A stretch of DNA of 64,000 nucleotides, taken from positions 18,970 through 82,969 of IMG/VR virus record IMGVR_UViG_3300046001_006965; one strand, given 5' to 3'. The stretch comes from a virus. A program made the position numbers and the translations under genes. This document shows, piece after piece, positions 37,762 through 46,782 of this stretch; within the stretch, counting starts at the first letter, position 1; every line of letters begins with the position of its first letter. The notes below the pieces were generated by a model, which worked only from the letters and a program-made list of their open reading frames with translations, did not search any database and was not told the DNA's origin.

Positions 37762-38426
37762 TATATTTGCATTAATAGATTATAGGTAGAGTCAGAACAG
37801 CATTTAATCTCATAGGCCTGCACATTTTCGCCTTTTGTAAATGGCAAACTAAAATCATCAATTACTATGTTATGAATATCCAATAGTTCGAATGGTGGAC
37901 ACTTAACTTTTATTTGCTTGGCATTCGTCAAAATCTTTTTTAATTTTAAAAAATCCTCCTTTGGAAAACAGTCCTGAACGGTTCCCCTTAAAAGTGAGCC
38001 TATCAAAACGCCTGTTATTGTTATTTCATAATCATCTTGTGACCATCTTTCTTTTATCGTTCCAGTCACTTGCTGTGTAATATCAGAGCTCCATTTTGCG
38101 ACTCTTCGCTTGGCGATGACGTTCTTTCCTGATATACTAATAATTGGCTCGTATGGCAAACGAAACCAACTCTTGCCCTCGTCAATTGACATCGACAATG
38201 GAAAAAACTGTTGAGCCTCGTCTAAAGGGAAGTCGGCTTGCCAAGTGGTACTTTCTAAGGCGCTGACTTTTGGCTTTTCGACACCGCTTTGATTTTGAAA
38301 TGGTAAAAAAGGAATCGGAGGCAAAACGTGCTTGCCCAATTCATTATTTATCAAATCGAGAGCCGGAACCATCTGAATGATTTTTGACCCAAAAAGTGAC
38401 GCGATTAATATCTCTTGATTTCCCAT
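37761..38426 (-). CDS. DUF6046-like tail tube initiator
   Basis: GTIKERWSQDDYEITITG; follows the tape measure gene. Confidence 0.7.
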   Translation of the reverse strand: MGNQEILIASLFGSKIIQMVPALDLINNELGKHVLPPIPFLPFQNQSGVEKPKVSALESTTWQADFPLDEAQQFFPLSMSIDEGKSWFRLPYEPIISISGKNVIAKRRVAKWSSDITQQVTGTIKERWSQDDYEITITGVLIGSLLRGTVQDCFPKEDFLKLKKILTNAKQIKVKCPPFELLDIHNIVIDDFSLPFTKGENVQAYEIKCCSDSTYNLLMQI

Positions 38427-40403
38427 TTAGTTTCCTGCTGTTGTGGCCATAGCCAATAATCGCAATAATGCGTCTTGGCTTTGCTCGGCCATTTGTTGTG
38501 AACTGTCTTTAAAGTCTTTTCCTGCGATGTTTAAAACGCCAATCAAATCCTTTAAATTAATATTGATAACTGTATTCTTTGTGCCTCCTGTGGCAATTGC
38601 CTCATTGGCTTTTGTCTTGCTGCCTTTACCTCCTCCGGTTCCTGTTCCACCACCATTTGTATTGGCGGCCGTTCCGGGAATGACTGGAGCTGTAATACCA
38701 TCGGCTTTTTTCATTGCCTTTTTTTGTTGCTCTCCTGGTGTAATCAAATCCATTTTGGCGCGCATCGCTTTAATCGAAGCGGCACCAGAACCGGCAAGTC
38801 CACCAAGTCCGGGAATCTTTGCAATCAGTTCCAAAAGTTGTTGGATAGGTTTCAATAACACGTCGAGCATTACGATGCCAATTCGTTTGAATCCCGCAAT
38901 AATACCACCACTACTAAAAGCAGTTGTAATAGAGTCCCAATGATCCTTTAATGTCATAAATGCCGAGACCACAAACCCAATTGGGCCGAGTAATAAAGTC
39001 ATCGATGCTCCAAAACTATCAAAATGTGTAACTGCAGTAGCAATATATCCTATAAGCAAAGCAACACCGGCAATGATTAACCCAATTGGGTTAGCCGTCA
39101 TTGCAGCATTCCAAAGCCATTGCGCGCCTGTGACAACGCTAGTCCAAGCCGCTTGCATTTTTGTGGCACTGGTTAAAAATCCTAATACTTTTCCCGCTCC
39201 CGCAAACAAAGGAACCATATTGCTAAAGTCTCTCGTTGTGTCACCAATAACAGAAGCGTAAGCCATTAGGCCATTTGTACCGTTAAAAAGAGATATTTTA
39301 AAATCATCTACTTGAGCCTGTAATCTTTTATTTTTTTCTGCAGGCGATTCCATAATAATGGCCGCTTGCTCGTAAGCCGAGTTTGTTCCTGTAATTGCAG
39401 TTGTCAGCCTTTTTTGCTCTTCGATTCCTGAAATCATTGCAATCGCTGCCGCGCTGTTTTCTTTTCCAAATAATTTAGTAACCAAAGCCTGGTCGCCCAT
39501 TATCTTTTTAAGTGGCGAAAGGCGTTGCGCCAATGTCTTAGATCTATCACCCAATGCGTTAATATCAATTCCTGCACTTTGCAATTCTGCCTTAACATCC
39601 TTTGGTAAAAATCGCCCTTCAGAAAGTGTTGTCATTACGTTACGCAAAGCAACTCCACCCTCAGCGCCTTTTTTTCCTGCCTTGTCTAATACTTGGATTG
39701 CCGCATTGGTTTCTGCAAAGCTCACGTTTGCCGTTTTAGCTGCAAGACCGGACTGCTCAAGTGCTTGTTTTATTTGTGGAAGTTCTGCAGATCCTTCTTT
39801 CGCCGCCGCCGACATAATATTCATCATTACGGCCATATCTTTGGATGCCTGTATTGGGTCAACCGTAGAAACTTGGTATTGGTTCATTGCCGTTGTTAGA
39901 ACCTCGGTTGCTGCCACTGTATCGCCGCCCATTGTTTTGGACAAGGTATTGATACTATCACCCATACTTTTTAAAGCCGTTGGGGCTTTGGCAATTTCAG
40001 GATTCAATTGTGAAAGTACGAGTTTGTATGCCTCAACTCCTTGTGCCGCCGTACCTCCAAAAGTTTTAGCACTTTGACGAGCGTAACCTTCAATATCTTT
40101 TAATTTATCCCCTGTAACCCCTGTTATTGCGGATAAGTCAGCCATTGAAGATGTTAAATCAATGCCCGGTTTATTCAGGGTGTTTAATCCTGTGGCCACT
40201 CGGTCAACCTGATCTAATATTGAGGAAAGTTTTATGGTATTTATTGAACTCTGCATACTGGCAAAAGACTTCTTGAAAGTAGCATCCATACTCACCGTAT
40301 TGCCCTGTATTTTATCAACAGAGGCATTCAGTTTATTCATACCCGCGGTTACCTTTTCGGCATCGGATGTGATTTTGAATATGTAGTTAAAAACGTTGTT
40401 CAT
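38427..40403 (-). CDS. Tape measure protein
   Basis: MADLSAITG, GAEGGVALRN, AQWLWNAAMTANPIG. Confidence 0.9.
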   Translation of the reverse strand: MNNVFNYIFKITSDAEKVTAGMNKLNASVDKIQGNTVSMDATFKKSFASMQSSINTIKLSSILDQVDRVATGLNTLNKPGIDLTSSMADLSAITGVTGDKLKDIEGYARQSAKTFGGTAAQGVEAYKLVLSQLNPEIAKAPTALKSMGDSINTLSKTMGGDTVAATEVLTTAMNQYQVSTVDPIQASKDMAVMMNIMSAAAKEGSAELPQIKQALEQSGLAAKTANVSFAETNAAIQVLDKAGKKGAEGGVALRNVMTTLSEGRFLPKDVKAELQSAGIDINALGDRSKTLAQRLSPLKKIMGDQALVTKLFGKENSAAAIAMISGIEEQKRLTTAITGTNSAYEQAAIIMESPAEKNKRLQAQVDDFKISLFNGTNGLMAYASVIGDTTRDFSNMVPLFAGAGKVLGFLTSATKMQAAWTSVVTGAQWLWNAAMTANPIGLIIAGVALLIGYIATAVTHFDSFGASMTLLLGPIGFVVSAFMTLKDHWDSITTAFSSGGIIAGFKRIGIVMLDVLLKPIQQLLELIAKIPGLGGLAGSGAASIKAMRAKMDLITPGEQQKKAMKKADGITAPVIPGTAANTNGGGTGTGGGKGSKTKANEAIATGGTKNTVININLKDLIGVLNIAGKDFKDSSQQMAEQSQDALLRLLAMATTAGN

Positions 40404-40407
40404 TTTG

Positions 40408-40572
40408 CTATTGTTTACCGGCTTCTTTTTTTCTAATCCAACTTAGTTCTTGAAATCGTGCCGCCCACTCCTCATCGTCAAGGTCGTCAGGATCTATCTT
40501 GAAATAGTAGCGGAGTTGCGCATTGGTTATCCTAATATTATCATCAGGGTCAACCTCTGCGGCGGCTATAAC
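40408..40572 (-). CDS. Tail assembly chaperone frameshift extension (gpT-like), no in-frame ATG
   Basis: -1 frame reads VIAAAEVDPDDNIRITNAQLRYYFKIDPDDLDDEEWAARFQELSWIRKKEAGKQ. Confidence 0.7.
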   Translation of the reverse strand, partial: VIAAAEVDPDDNIRITNAQLRYYFKIDPDDLDDEEWAARFQELSWIRKKEAGKQ

Positions 40573-40880
40573 TTTGCGAGCTCCGCTTCTTTTATAACTA
40601 TCAGTTCAGATAGTTTGCCACTCACGGCCAAGAAGTAATCGTCGTTAGTTTTCAACTCCTCGTCACCGCCCAACCAACAGTTAGTCAAAATGATTTCATT
40701 GAATTTCATTGGGTCTTTGGTTCCAATGGAAGATGCAAAACTCAAGGTCTTTCTATCTACTTTTCGTAGGTAGCCTATTTTGTCCTCAACTTTAATGGCG
40801 TAAACATCGCCGTGTAATTGTTTCCACGCTTCGATTTGTTCTGGTGTAGCTTGTCCGCTTAATTCTGCTGTTTTGTTCAT
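40566..40880 (-). CDS. Tail assembly chaperone (gpG-like)
   Basis: QIEAWKQLHGDV, NCWLGGDEE; between tube and tape measure genes. Confidence 0.8.
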   Translation of the reverse strand: MNKTAELSGQATPEQIEAWKQLHGDVYAIKVEDKIGYLRKVDRKTLSFASSIGTKDPMKFNEIILTNCWLGGDEELKTNDDYFLAVSGKLSELIVIKEAELAKL

Positions 40881-40913
40881 TTTATTTTGTTTTTTGTGGT
40901 TTGTTTTAAAAAA

Positions 40914-40940
40914 AATCCCTCCCTATAAAGGAGGGATTTA
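40914..40940 (-). terminator. Terminator after the tail tube gene
   Basis: AATCCCTCC-ctataaa-GGAGGGATT with an adjacent A run. Confidence 0.6.
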
Positions 40941-40959
40941 AATACTAATTCAATATTCT

Positions 40960-41370
40960 TTAAACTTGGTTTTGAACTCTAAGAGCAACAAATGGAAGTG
41001 AAATTTCCATAAACTTGTCTCCTTGTTTGAACTCTTTTACATTTTCAGTGAAACGAATTCCAAGAACTCTATCCGTAATGATAGCGTCGGCATTCAGTGG
41101 GTTGCCATAGGCAAATAAACCATCAAGTGAGAGTGACATTATAGACCCGCCACCGGCTTTCACCATTGCTTCATATTCCGATTGCAAAACAGTGATTTCG
41201 CCCTCAACGGCCGAGTTACCTGTCTGAATGGAATGCGCGTCACGTCCTTTGGCATAAATCGCCTCACGCTCCATTTTCTCTCCGTATTTCGCGGCTCTAA
41301 TTCCGGTCACGTCTTTGCCTCCTAAAATAAGGGTGAGGTCTGCCCATTCGTATTGTCTACTATTAAACAT
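40960..41370 (-). CDS. Tail tube protein
   Basis: MFNSRQYEWAD; follows the sheath gene. Confidence 0.8.
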   Translation of the reverse strand: MFNSRQYEWADLTLILGGKDVTGIRAAKYGEKMEREAIYAKGRDAHSIQTGNSAVEGEITVLQSEYEAMVKAGGGSIMSLSLDGLFAYGNPLNADAIITDRVLGIRFTENVKEFKQGDKFMEISLPFVALRVQNQV

Positions 41371-41380
41371 ATCTTTTTGA

Positions 41381-42607
41381 TTAAGCGGTTACGGGTACGA
41401 ATCCAAGAGGGACGTCAATCCAACGGTTAGTGCCTTTAGTTTTTACCTGAAGCTTTGCAATTTTCAGTTTAGAAGTCGAAGTCACGTTATGCGTCAAATC
41501 AACTTGACAAATTACACCGCGGTCTTTGGCATCATTTGGGTCAAAGGATAATTCACCGTTAGCAGTCATTTGTTTGAAAATTAAACTTTCGACTTCATTC
41601 TCTACGCTTTTAGCATAGATTGGCGAAATAGTTCCGTTATTGTTTACCGTGTTGTCATCCAAAAGGAATTCCAACATTGCAGCATACGCCAAACGAAATG
41701 CTTTGTCAATTACACGTCTACGACCTGCGTAGTGGTAGTCGTCAGCAACTTCACAAGCTAATGGATCGTCTGTAAAGAAATATCCTGATTTGCCTGTGTG
41801 CTGTCTGAAAGTCACATATCCTTTGTCGTGCAAAGCTTCGACATCATAAGACTCAGCAGGTGTATCCAGGATAAAAGCGGTTAGGCTCGAAACGGCACCG
41901 TCTCTCACTTTCCCAATGTTCACGTGGACTTGGTTTTTTGCCAATCTTCCGGCAAGGATTCCAATCGCTGCACCTTTTGAGGCAGTTGCTCCGGTTCTTG
42001 TTTCAGAGTCACCCAAAACAATCATTGCTCGGTTGAAAGATGCTGTACTTAGATCTGTCAAGGCTACTTTGTCACCGTCAAAAGCATACCCTTCAATAAT
42101 GGTGAAAAAAGGAGCATATTTATTGGCAGTGTATGCCTCGGCCAAAATTTGGGCAAGGTTTACGGCAACCATTACGTCATCGTCTATTCCGTCAGTTACA
42201 ACAGGAACATAGGCTTCACTTGGTGAAAATGCTGTAAACAAAAATTTCAGTTTTCCGTTGGCTGCATCTAGCAACTTTTCGGCAGGTGCTTTCCCGGTTA
42301 CTACGTCAAGAGCAAACCAGTCGCTTACTTTTGTAGTTTTGGCAAAACCCATTAACCAAAGTTCAGTTCCTTCTCCAGACTCTGCATAAAACTCTTTTAA
42401 AGTTTTGTAAAGCTTGTAGTTGTTCACATCATTTATGATTCCTAAAGCAGCCACATCAATCATCGATTTGATTTGATAAGGCGTGTTTAAAAGAAACGTA
42501 GTCGATACAGCGGCAGCACTTGCGAGCAATCCGCTTACGCCGTCCGGTAGGTCAATAACCTGACCTAACTGACCGTTTTGAAATTGTATATCTATTCCTG
42601 GTAACAT
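41381..42607 (-). CDS. Tail sheath protein (DUF2586-like)
   Basis: LHDKGY.TFR, GYFFTDD, RRVIDKA. Confidence 0.85.
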   Translation of the reverse strand: MLPGIDIQFQNGQLGQVIDLPDGVSGLLASAAAVSTTFLLNTPYQIKSMIDVAALGIINDVNNYKLYKTLKEFYAESGEGTELWLMGFAKTTKVSDWFALDVVTGKAPAEKLLDAANGKLKFLFTAFSPSEAYVPVVTDGIDDDVMVAVNLAQILAEAYTANKYAPFFTIIEGYAFDGDKVALTDLSTASFNRAMIVLGDSETRTGATASKGAAIGILAGRLAKNQVHVNIGKVRDGAVSSLTAFILDTPAESYDVEALHDKGYVTFRQHTGKSGYFFTDDPLACEVADDYHYAGRRRVIDKAFRLAYAAMLEFLLDDNTVNNNGTISPIYAKSVENEVESLIFKQMTANGELSFDPNDAKDRGVICQVDLTHNVTSTSKLKIAKLQVKTKGTNRWIDVPLGFVPVTA

Positions 42608-42608
42608 A

Positions 42609-42887
42609 CTACTCTTCTGTTTTTGGAGTTAATTGAAGCTCAATGGCCTCAATGATTTTTGCATTTGTTGCTTTTGGGTCAACAGTCAATTCATTGTCTG
42701 CAGCAAAGGCAATAAGTTGCGCTTTTGTCATATCAGTCAATTTCACTTCTGACTCTTCGCCTATTGATTCCTCAACTTCAATAGCCGGAGGAGTCACCGT
42801 TTTATCCTCTAAGGATCTTGCGTGACTTTGTGCGTGATTTTCAGTGTAGAACTGTTCGCCGTCACTTGTTTTGAAATACTTGCTCAT
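42609..42887 (-). CDS. Small protein with HeH/Rho-N-like C-terminus
   Basis: MTKAQLIAFA...ATNAKIIEAI. Confidence 0.6.
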   Translation of the reverse strand: MSKYFKTSDGEQFYTENHAQSHARSLEDKTVTPPAIEVEESIGEESEVKLTDMTKAQLIAFAADNELTVDPKATNAKIIEAIELQLTPKTEE

Positions 42888-42892
42888 AATTT

Positions 42893-43369
42893 TTAAAGTT
42901 TAGATTTTACATAAACCCATACTGCCAAAAGCAGCGTAAGTCCTAGATATATTCGAAAGCCAATGATTTGTGTTTTTTGCCAATAGTTTAATTCATTCGT
43001 AATAATTGGCGGTAATTGTGTGACAGTATCTTGTGATATATAAGTGTCTTTCCACTGAGCAAATAGTTCCCGCGCTCTAGACTCACAATCAACTTTGATA
43101 ACGTTATCCGAGAGACGAACCTTAGGGCTTTTTAAAGTGCGCCCTGGTTCGCTCTGGATAATGTTCTTAATAACTACTTTACCGTTTTGGCATTCTAATA
43201 ATGCCTCCAGATAGCTGCTGTCTTTTTCAATTTTGAAAATGGTATCGTGTACCGTTTCCTTAATGATTTTTGTTGTTTCATTCTGCACCACAATAGGCTT
43301 TCCGCTTCCGCAGCCAACCAGTGTGGCGAGAACGAACAAACAACAAAATACGCTTAGTATATTTTTCAT
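42893..43369 (-). CDS. Lysis lipoprotein (spanin-like)
   Basis: Lipobox LVGC plus C-terminal TM segment (unimolecular-spanin-like topology). Confidence 0.65.
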   Translation of the reverse strand: MKNILSVFCCLFVLATLVGCGSGKPIVVQNETTKIIKETVHDTIFKIEKDSSYLEALLECQNGKVVIKNIIQSEPGRTLKSPKVRLSDNVIKVDCESRARELFAQWKDTYISQDTVTQLPPIITNELNYWQKTQIIGFRIYLGLTLLLAVWVYVKSKL

Positions 43370-43821
43370 AATCTTAAAAATCCTTTAATGGTTTTGATTT
43401 CTCTTGTGCGTCTGCAAACTTGGTATCCTTCACGGCTTGAAACATTGTTGGTATTTCCTTCAATGGTGTGGAGCGTAGTTCCCGATACCGATTCCACTAT
43501 GCCAGTGTGTCCGGTTCCGTGTCCAAACTCCATTATAAAAATGTCGCCTGATTGTGGCACTGTCACTCGTAGATCAACTTCTTTGTTGTACATATCGAGT
43601 ACGCCTGCTGTTTTATAAAGTGGGTTTAAATATTTCAAGTCTAGGGACGCTTCTTTGGCGCACCAGTATATGAATGCCATACACCAGGAATACCCCTTTC
43701 CAAGTCCAACGCTTTTGAGATACTTCTCAACTGCGGGGCCCGCATTCGAACCTCTTGGTATTTCTTCGACTCCCAATTGGGAAATCGCTTTTTGTAATGT
43801 TGTTGTTGCTAATGGGGTCAT
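43366..43821 (-). CDS. CHAP-domain endolysin
   Basis: SWCMAF, GHTGIV, TIEGNT. Confidence 0.9.
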   Translation of the reverse strand: MTPLATTTLQKAISQLGVEEIPRGSNAGPAVEKYLKSVGLGKGYSWCMAFIYWCAKEASLDLKYLNPLYKTAGVLDMYNKEVDLRVTVPQSGDIFIMEFGHGTGHTGIVESVSGTTLHTIEGNTNNVSSREGYQVCRRTREIKTIKGFLRL

Positions 43822-44213
43822 CCCTCTTTACCGTTAAGTTGTTTGTACTTTCTTAATTCACCTGTAAGGGTTTCCAATTCATCAATCAATAGATCAATCT
43901 TTTTATCTCGCTCATTAATCGTTAGGTCACGGTCTTTTATCGCTTGCAATGCTGTAGACAATTGACCCGTTAAGATGTCAATTTTTGCGTCCCTCAAGTT
44001 GATAGCTGCAATGGCAGAGTCTAGCTGTTTTTTGCCATCTTCAATCAAACCTTTGTAAAAATCGGCTGACTTGATTTCGTTGTCAATTTCTTTGGATACG
44101 GCATCGGCTTCGAGTGCTCTATCAGTTGCATTGTTTTTGCGTTTTTCTACTAGCTTCATTCCGAAGGCAGTAAATAAAGAAGCTAAAACAGGATATAAAA
44201 ACGTTAGTAACAT
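43818..44213 (-). CDS. Putative holin (TM plus coiled coil)
   Basis: N-terminal TM segment upstream of the endolysin. Confidence 0.55.
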   Translation of the reverse strand: MLLTFLYPVLASLFTAFGMKLVEKRKNNATDRALEADAVSKEIDNEIKSADFYKGLIEDGKKQLDSAIAAINLRDAKIDILTGQLSTALQAIKDRDLTINERDKKIDLLIDELETLTGELRKYKQLNGKEG

Positions 44214-44268
44214 TGGTGAGATTTTTTAAATAATAGCTCTCCGGTTACAGGAGAGCCATTGATTTATA

Positions 44269-45186
44269 CTAAAGGATTGCTCCTATCCATTTAGCTTGGA
44301 AAGGCACTGCAATGAAGTAGTGACGATACGCCAATTGGTTTGTTTGGGTCGTTGGGTTGTCAGCAGCCGCCGTGAAATACTGTTTTGTATTTCCTGTCTT
44401 TTTGGCGATGTTGTCTTTCACAAAAGCAATGGATGCTTTTTTGTCAGTTCCACCCGGAACAGATCCGTATGCTTTTTTCACGTTCAATGAAGTGAAGTAA
44501 GGCATATTCACATATTGGTAGATTTCGAAACCTGCAATCGTAGGAGCTACGTCGCCAGTTCTGTAATTCACCAATTGATCTCCAAAGTTTTTACGATCTC
44601 TCAACAAGTCGTTATAGTGCTCTGTGTTCAAAATCAAACGTCTACCATCAACAGGCGCACCTGCTAAATCGAAAGCTTCTTTCAAAGACACAACATCTTC
44701 ATAAACCAATCTCAATCTTCCGCCGGCAGTTGCTTCAGCAGTTGCACCACCTGTGGCAGTGATAACCGGAGTTGCTGTAGTTGTAGAAGTTGGAGCAATG
44801 GCGTGAACCGCTTTTCCAAATTTCTCGGCAGTTAATTTTTGAACTGTTTTACGAGTCGCATTATCGATACGGTCGTAAGATGCACCAAGAACTTGGTCAT
44901 CTGAAAGTGTTACCACTTTGGTTTGGTATTTATCCAACTGAATAATAACCGCGTCATCCGTGTACGCCTGTAAAGCGATTGGGTAAGTACTGTTGTTAAT
45001 CAAAATGTCAGGAGCAAACTCGCTCGTTGGCACGTGGATTACATTGCTTTCAGTGATGGTTCCTTCTCCCATTTGGGAAACGTCAACATCCATTTCGGCA
45101 ATTCCGTCTAAGAACGGAGCTTGATCTGCGGTGGTCAGGTTATTAATAACTCTGTCCAACCATACGTCTGCAAAATTTGCTGGCAT
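44269..45186 (-). CDS. Major capsid protein
   Basis: 305 aa, follows protease/scaffold; GRRLIL, IAGFEIY. Confidence 0.8.
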   Translation of the reverse strand: MPANFADVWLDRVINNLTTADQAPFLDGIAEMDVDVSQMGEGTITESNVIHVPTSEFAPDILINNSTYPIALQAYTDDAVIIQLDKYQTKVVTLSDDQVLGASYDRIDNATRKTVQKLTAEKFGKAVHAIAPTSTTTATPVITATGGATAEATAGGRLRLVYEDVVSLKEAFDLAGAPVDGRRLILNTEHYNDLLRDRKNFGDQLVNYRTGDVAPTIAGFEIYQYVNMPYFTSLNVKKAYGSVPGGTDKKASIAFVKDNIAKKTGNTKQYFTAAADNPTTQTNQLAYRHYFIAVPFQAKWIGAIL

Positions 45187-45194
45187 CTAGTGTA

Positions 45195-46160
45195 TTATTT
45201 TACGTTAAACAATTTTTTGTACTCGTCTGGACTTGTAGCTTTAAAAGCCAATTGAGCGTCAAGACTCAATTTTTGAAAGTCCTCTTTTGTGGCAACCGCA
45301 CCAGGAACATTTGGAATGGTTTTGTCAGCTAAAGTGGCTTTCACTGGAAGTGATGCCAAAGTGCTTTTTGCCAATTCAAAATTCAATTTTGCCAAGTTGA
45401 CAAAATCGTCTTTTTTAGTTGCAGCAATTCTGCCCTCAGTTACGGCAAGCGTTACCATTTCGGTAATTGCAGTTTCTTGTGCAGTTTCTTTTTCGCTTTC
45501 AATGGCAAGCAATGCTGCTTTCATTGTAGCATTTTCATTTGATAATTTCAGGATACCCGCTTCTACGGCCTCAACATCCACTTCGGGAGTTGCCTTATCA
45601 AAACTGAGAGCCATTAAAGTGGCTACTGTTAAAATGATTTTTTTCATATCGTTACTAGGGTTTAATTCAAGTTGAGCCGGTAATGGATCTACCGGTAGTT
45701 CTGGCTGTAGTGCCAGGCAAAGTTTTTGGACAACGTCCTCTTTTAATAGTTCGCCGTTTTCTGCGTAAAGTCTAATAGAATTAGCATTGGATGGAACGGC
45801 AACGATGGAGCACTCATAAAGTTCGCAGGCTTCCATTACTAGCTCAGTTCCAAGAATCTTGATATTTTCGGGTTTAAAAATGAAACCCATTGAGCACGAT
45901 TTTATAAAACCTTGCTCTACTTTGCGAGATATTTTCAAGGCGTCATCGTCTTCCAAGTCGAAAACAGGCTCACCCAAAAGCAAGTCCTTTTCCACACGGA
46001 TGTTTTCCCATTTTCCAAGCACTCCTTTAGTAGAGTTATAATGTTGATCTAACATTACCGGATTATCGTTAAAACGCTTCAAATCGATACCCGCAGTCAG
46101 GATGCGAAATCCATAACTATTGATTCGGTTCTGGTCGTTGAAAACAAATGGTTTTGACAT
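45195..46160 (-). CDS. HK97-type prohead protease plus scaffold
   Basis: NSYGFR, NPVMLDQH, SCSMGF, ECSIVAVPSNANS. Confidence 0.88.
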   Translation of the reverse strand: MSKPFVFNDQNRINSYGFRILTAGIDLKRFNDNPVMLDQHYNSTKGVLGKWENIRVEKDLLLGEPVFDLEDDDALKISRKVEQGFIKSCSMGFIFKPENIKILGTELVMEACELYECSIVAVPSNANSIRLYAENGELLKEDVVQKLCLALQPELPVDPLPAQLELNPSNDMKKIILTVATLMALSFDKATPEVDVEAVEAGILKLSNENATMKAALLAIESEKETAQETAITEMVTLAVTEGRIAATKKDDFVNLAKLNFELAKSTLASLPVKATLADKTIPNVPGAVATKEDFQKLSLDAQLAFKATSPDEYKKLFNVK

Positions 46161-46344
46161 TGGCTACAATTAAGGGTTAATTTCTAATTTCAGAGACAAA
46201 GATGGGTCGAATCTGCCTCTTAAAAAAAAATGTGTAAACCTGCTTAACACTTATGTTCATTGACTTTATATAGTTGTTTAGTATTCAAACACTATTTTTA
46301 AATCTTGCCTTTATTACGTCAACTTTGCTTATAAAAGCACGATT

Positions 46345-46782
46345 ATGGCACTGAAAAAACTACAAGAAAAGGAGTTTGCAAAATCACTATTTATTGGTGG
46401 TGGGATTACCCAGAAGGAAATTGCTTCTCGTGTTTCTGTGACCGAAAAAACGCTTACAAATTGGATTAAAATAGGCAAATGGGATAGTCTTAAAAAATCA
46501 TTGCTTACTACAAAGCAGGCCCAGTTATCATTTTTATATGACCAACTAGACTTTTTAAACACTGATATTTCAATTCGAGATTATAAAGTGGCTGTTGGTA
46601 AAGAGGCCGATACCATTATTAAATTAACGGCCGCCATAAACCGATTGGAAACCGAAACCTCCATTGGTGACACCGTGGAAGTCGCTCGACACTTTATCGA
46701 GTTTGTACGTCCGCAAGATTTAGAACTTGCCAAAACTATCACGAATCTATTTGATGTCTTCATAACTGCAAAAATGAAATAA
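46345..46782 (+). CDS. Terminase small subunit-like (DUF1804-like HTH)
   Basis: TQKEIASRVSVTEKTLTNWI; coupled to TerL. Confidence 0.75.
   Translation: MALKKLQEKEFAKSLFIGGGITQKEIASRVSVTEKTLTNWIKIGKWDSLKKSLLTTKQAQLSFLYDQLDFLNTDISIRDYKVAVGKEADTIIKLTAAINRLETETSIGDTVEVARHFIEFVRPQDLELAKTITNLFDVFITAKMK

Noticed and set aside
38443-40077. Plus-strand ORFs (166, 62 and 131 aa), and similar ORFs elsewhere
   Set aside because: They are antisense shadows of clearly recognisable genes such as the tape measure.
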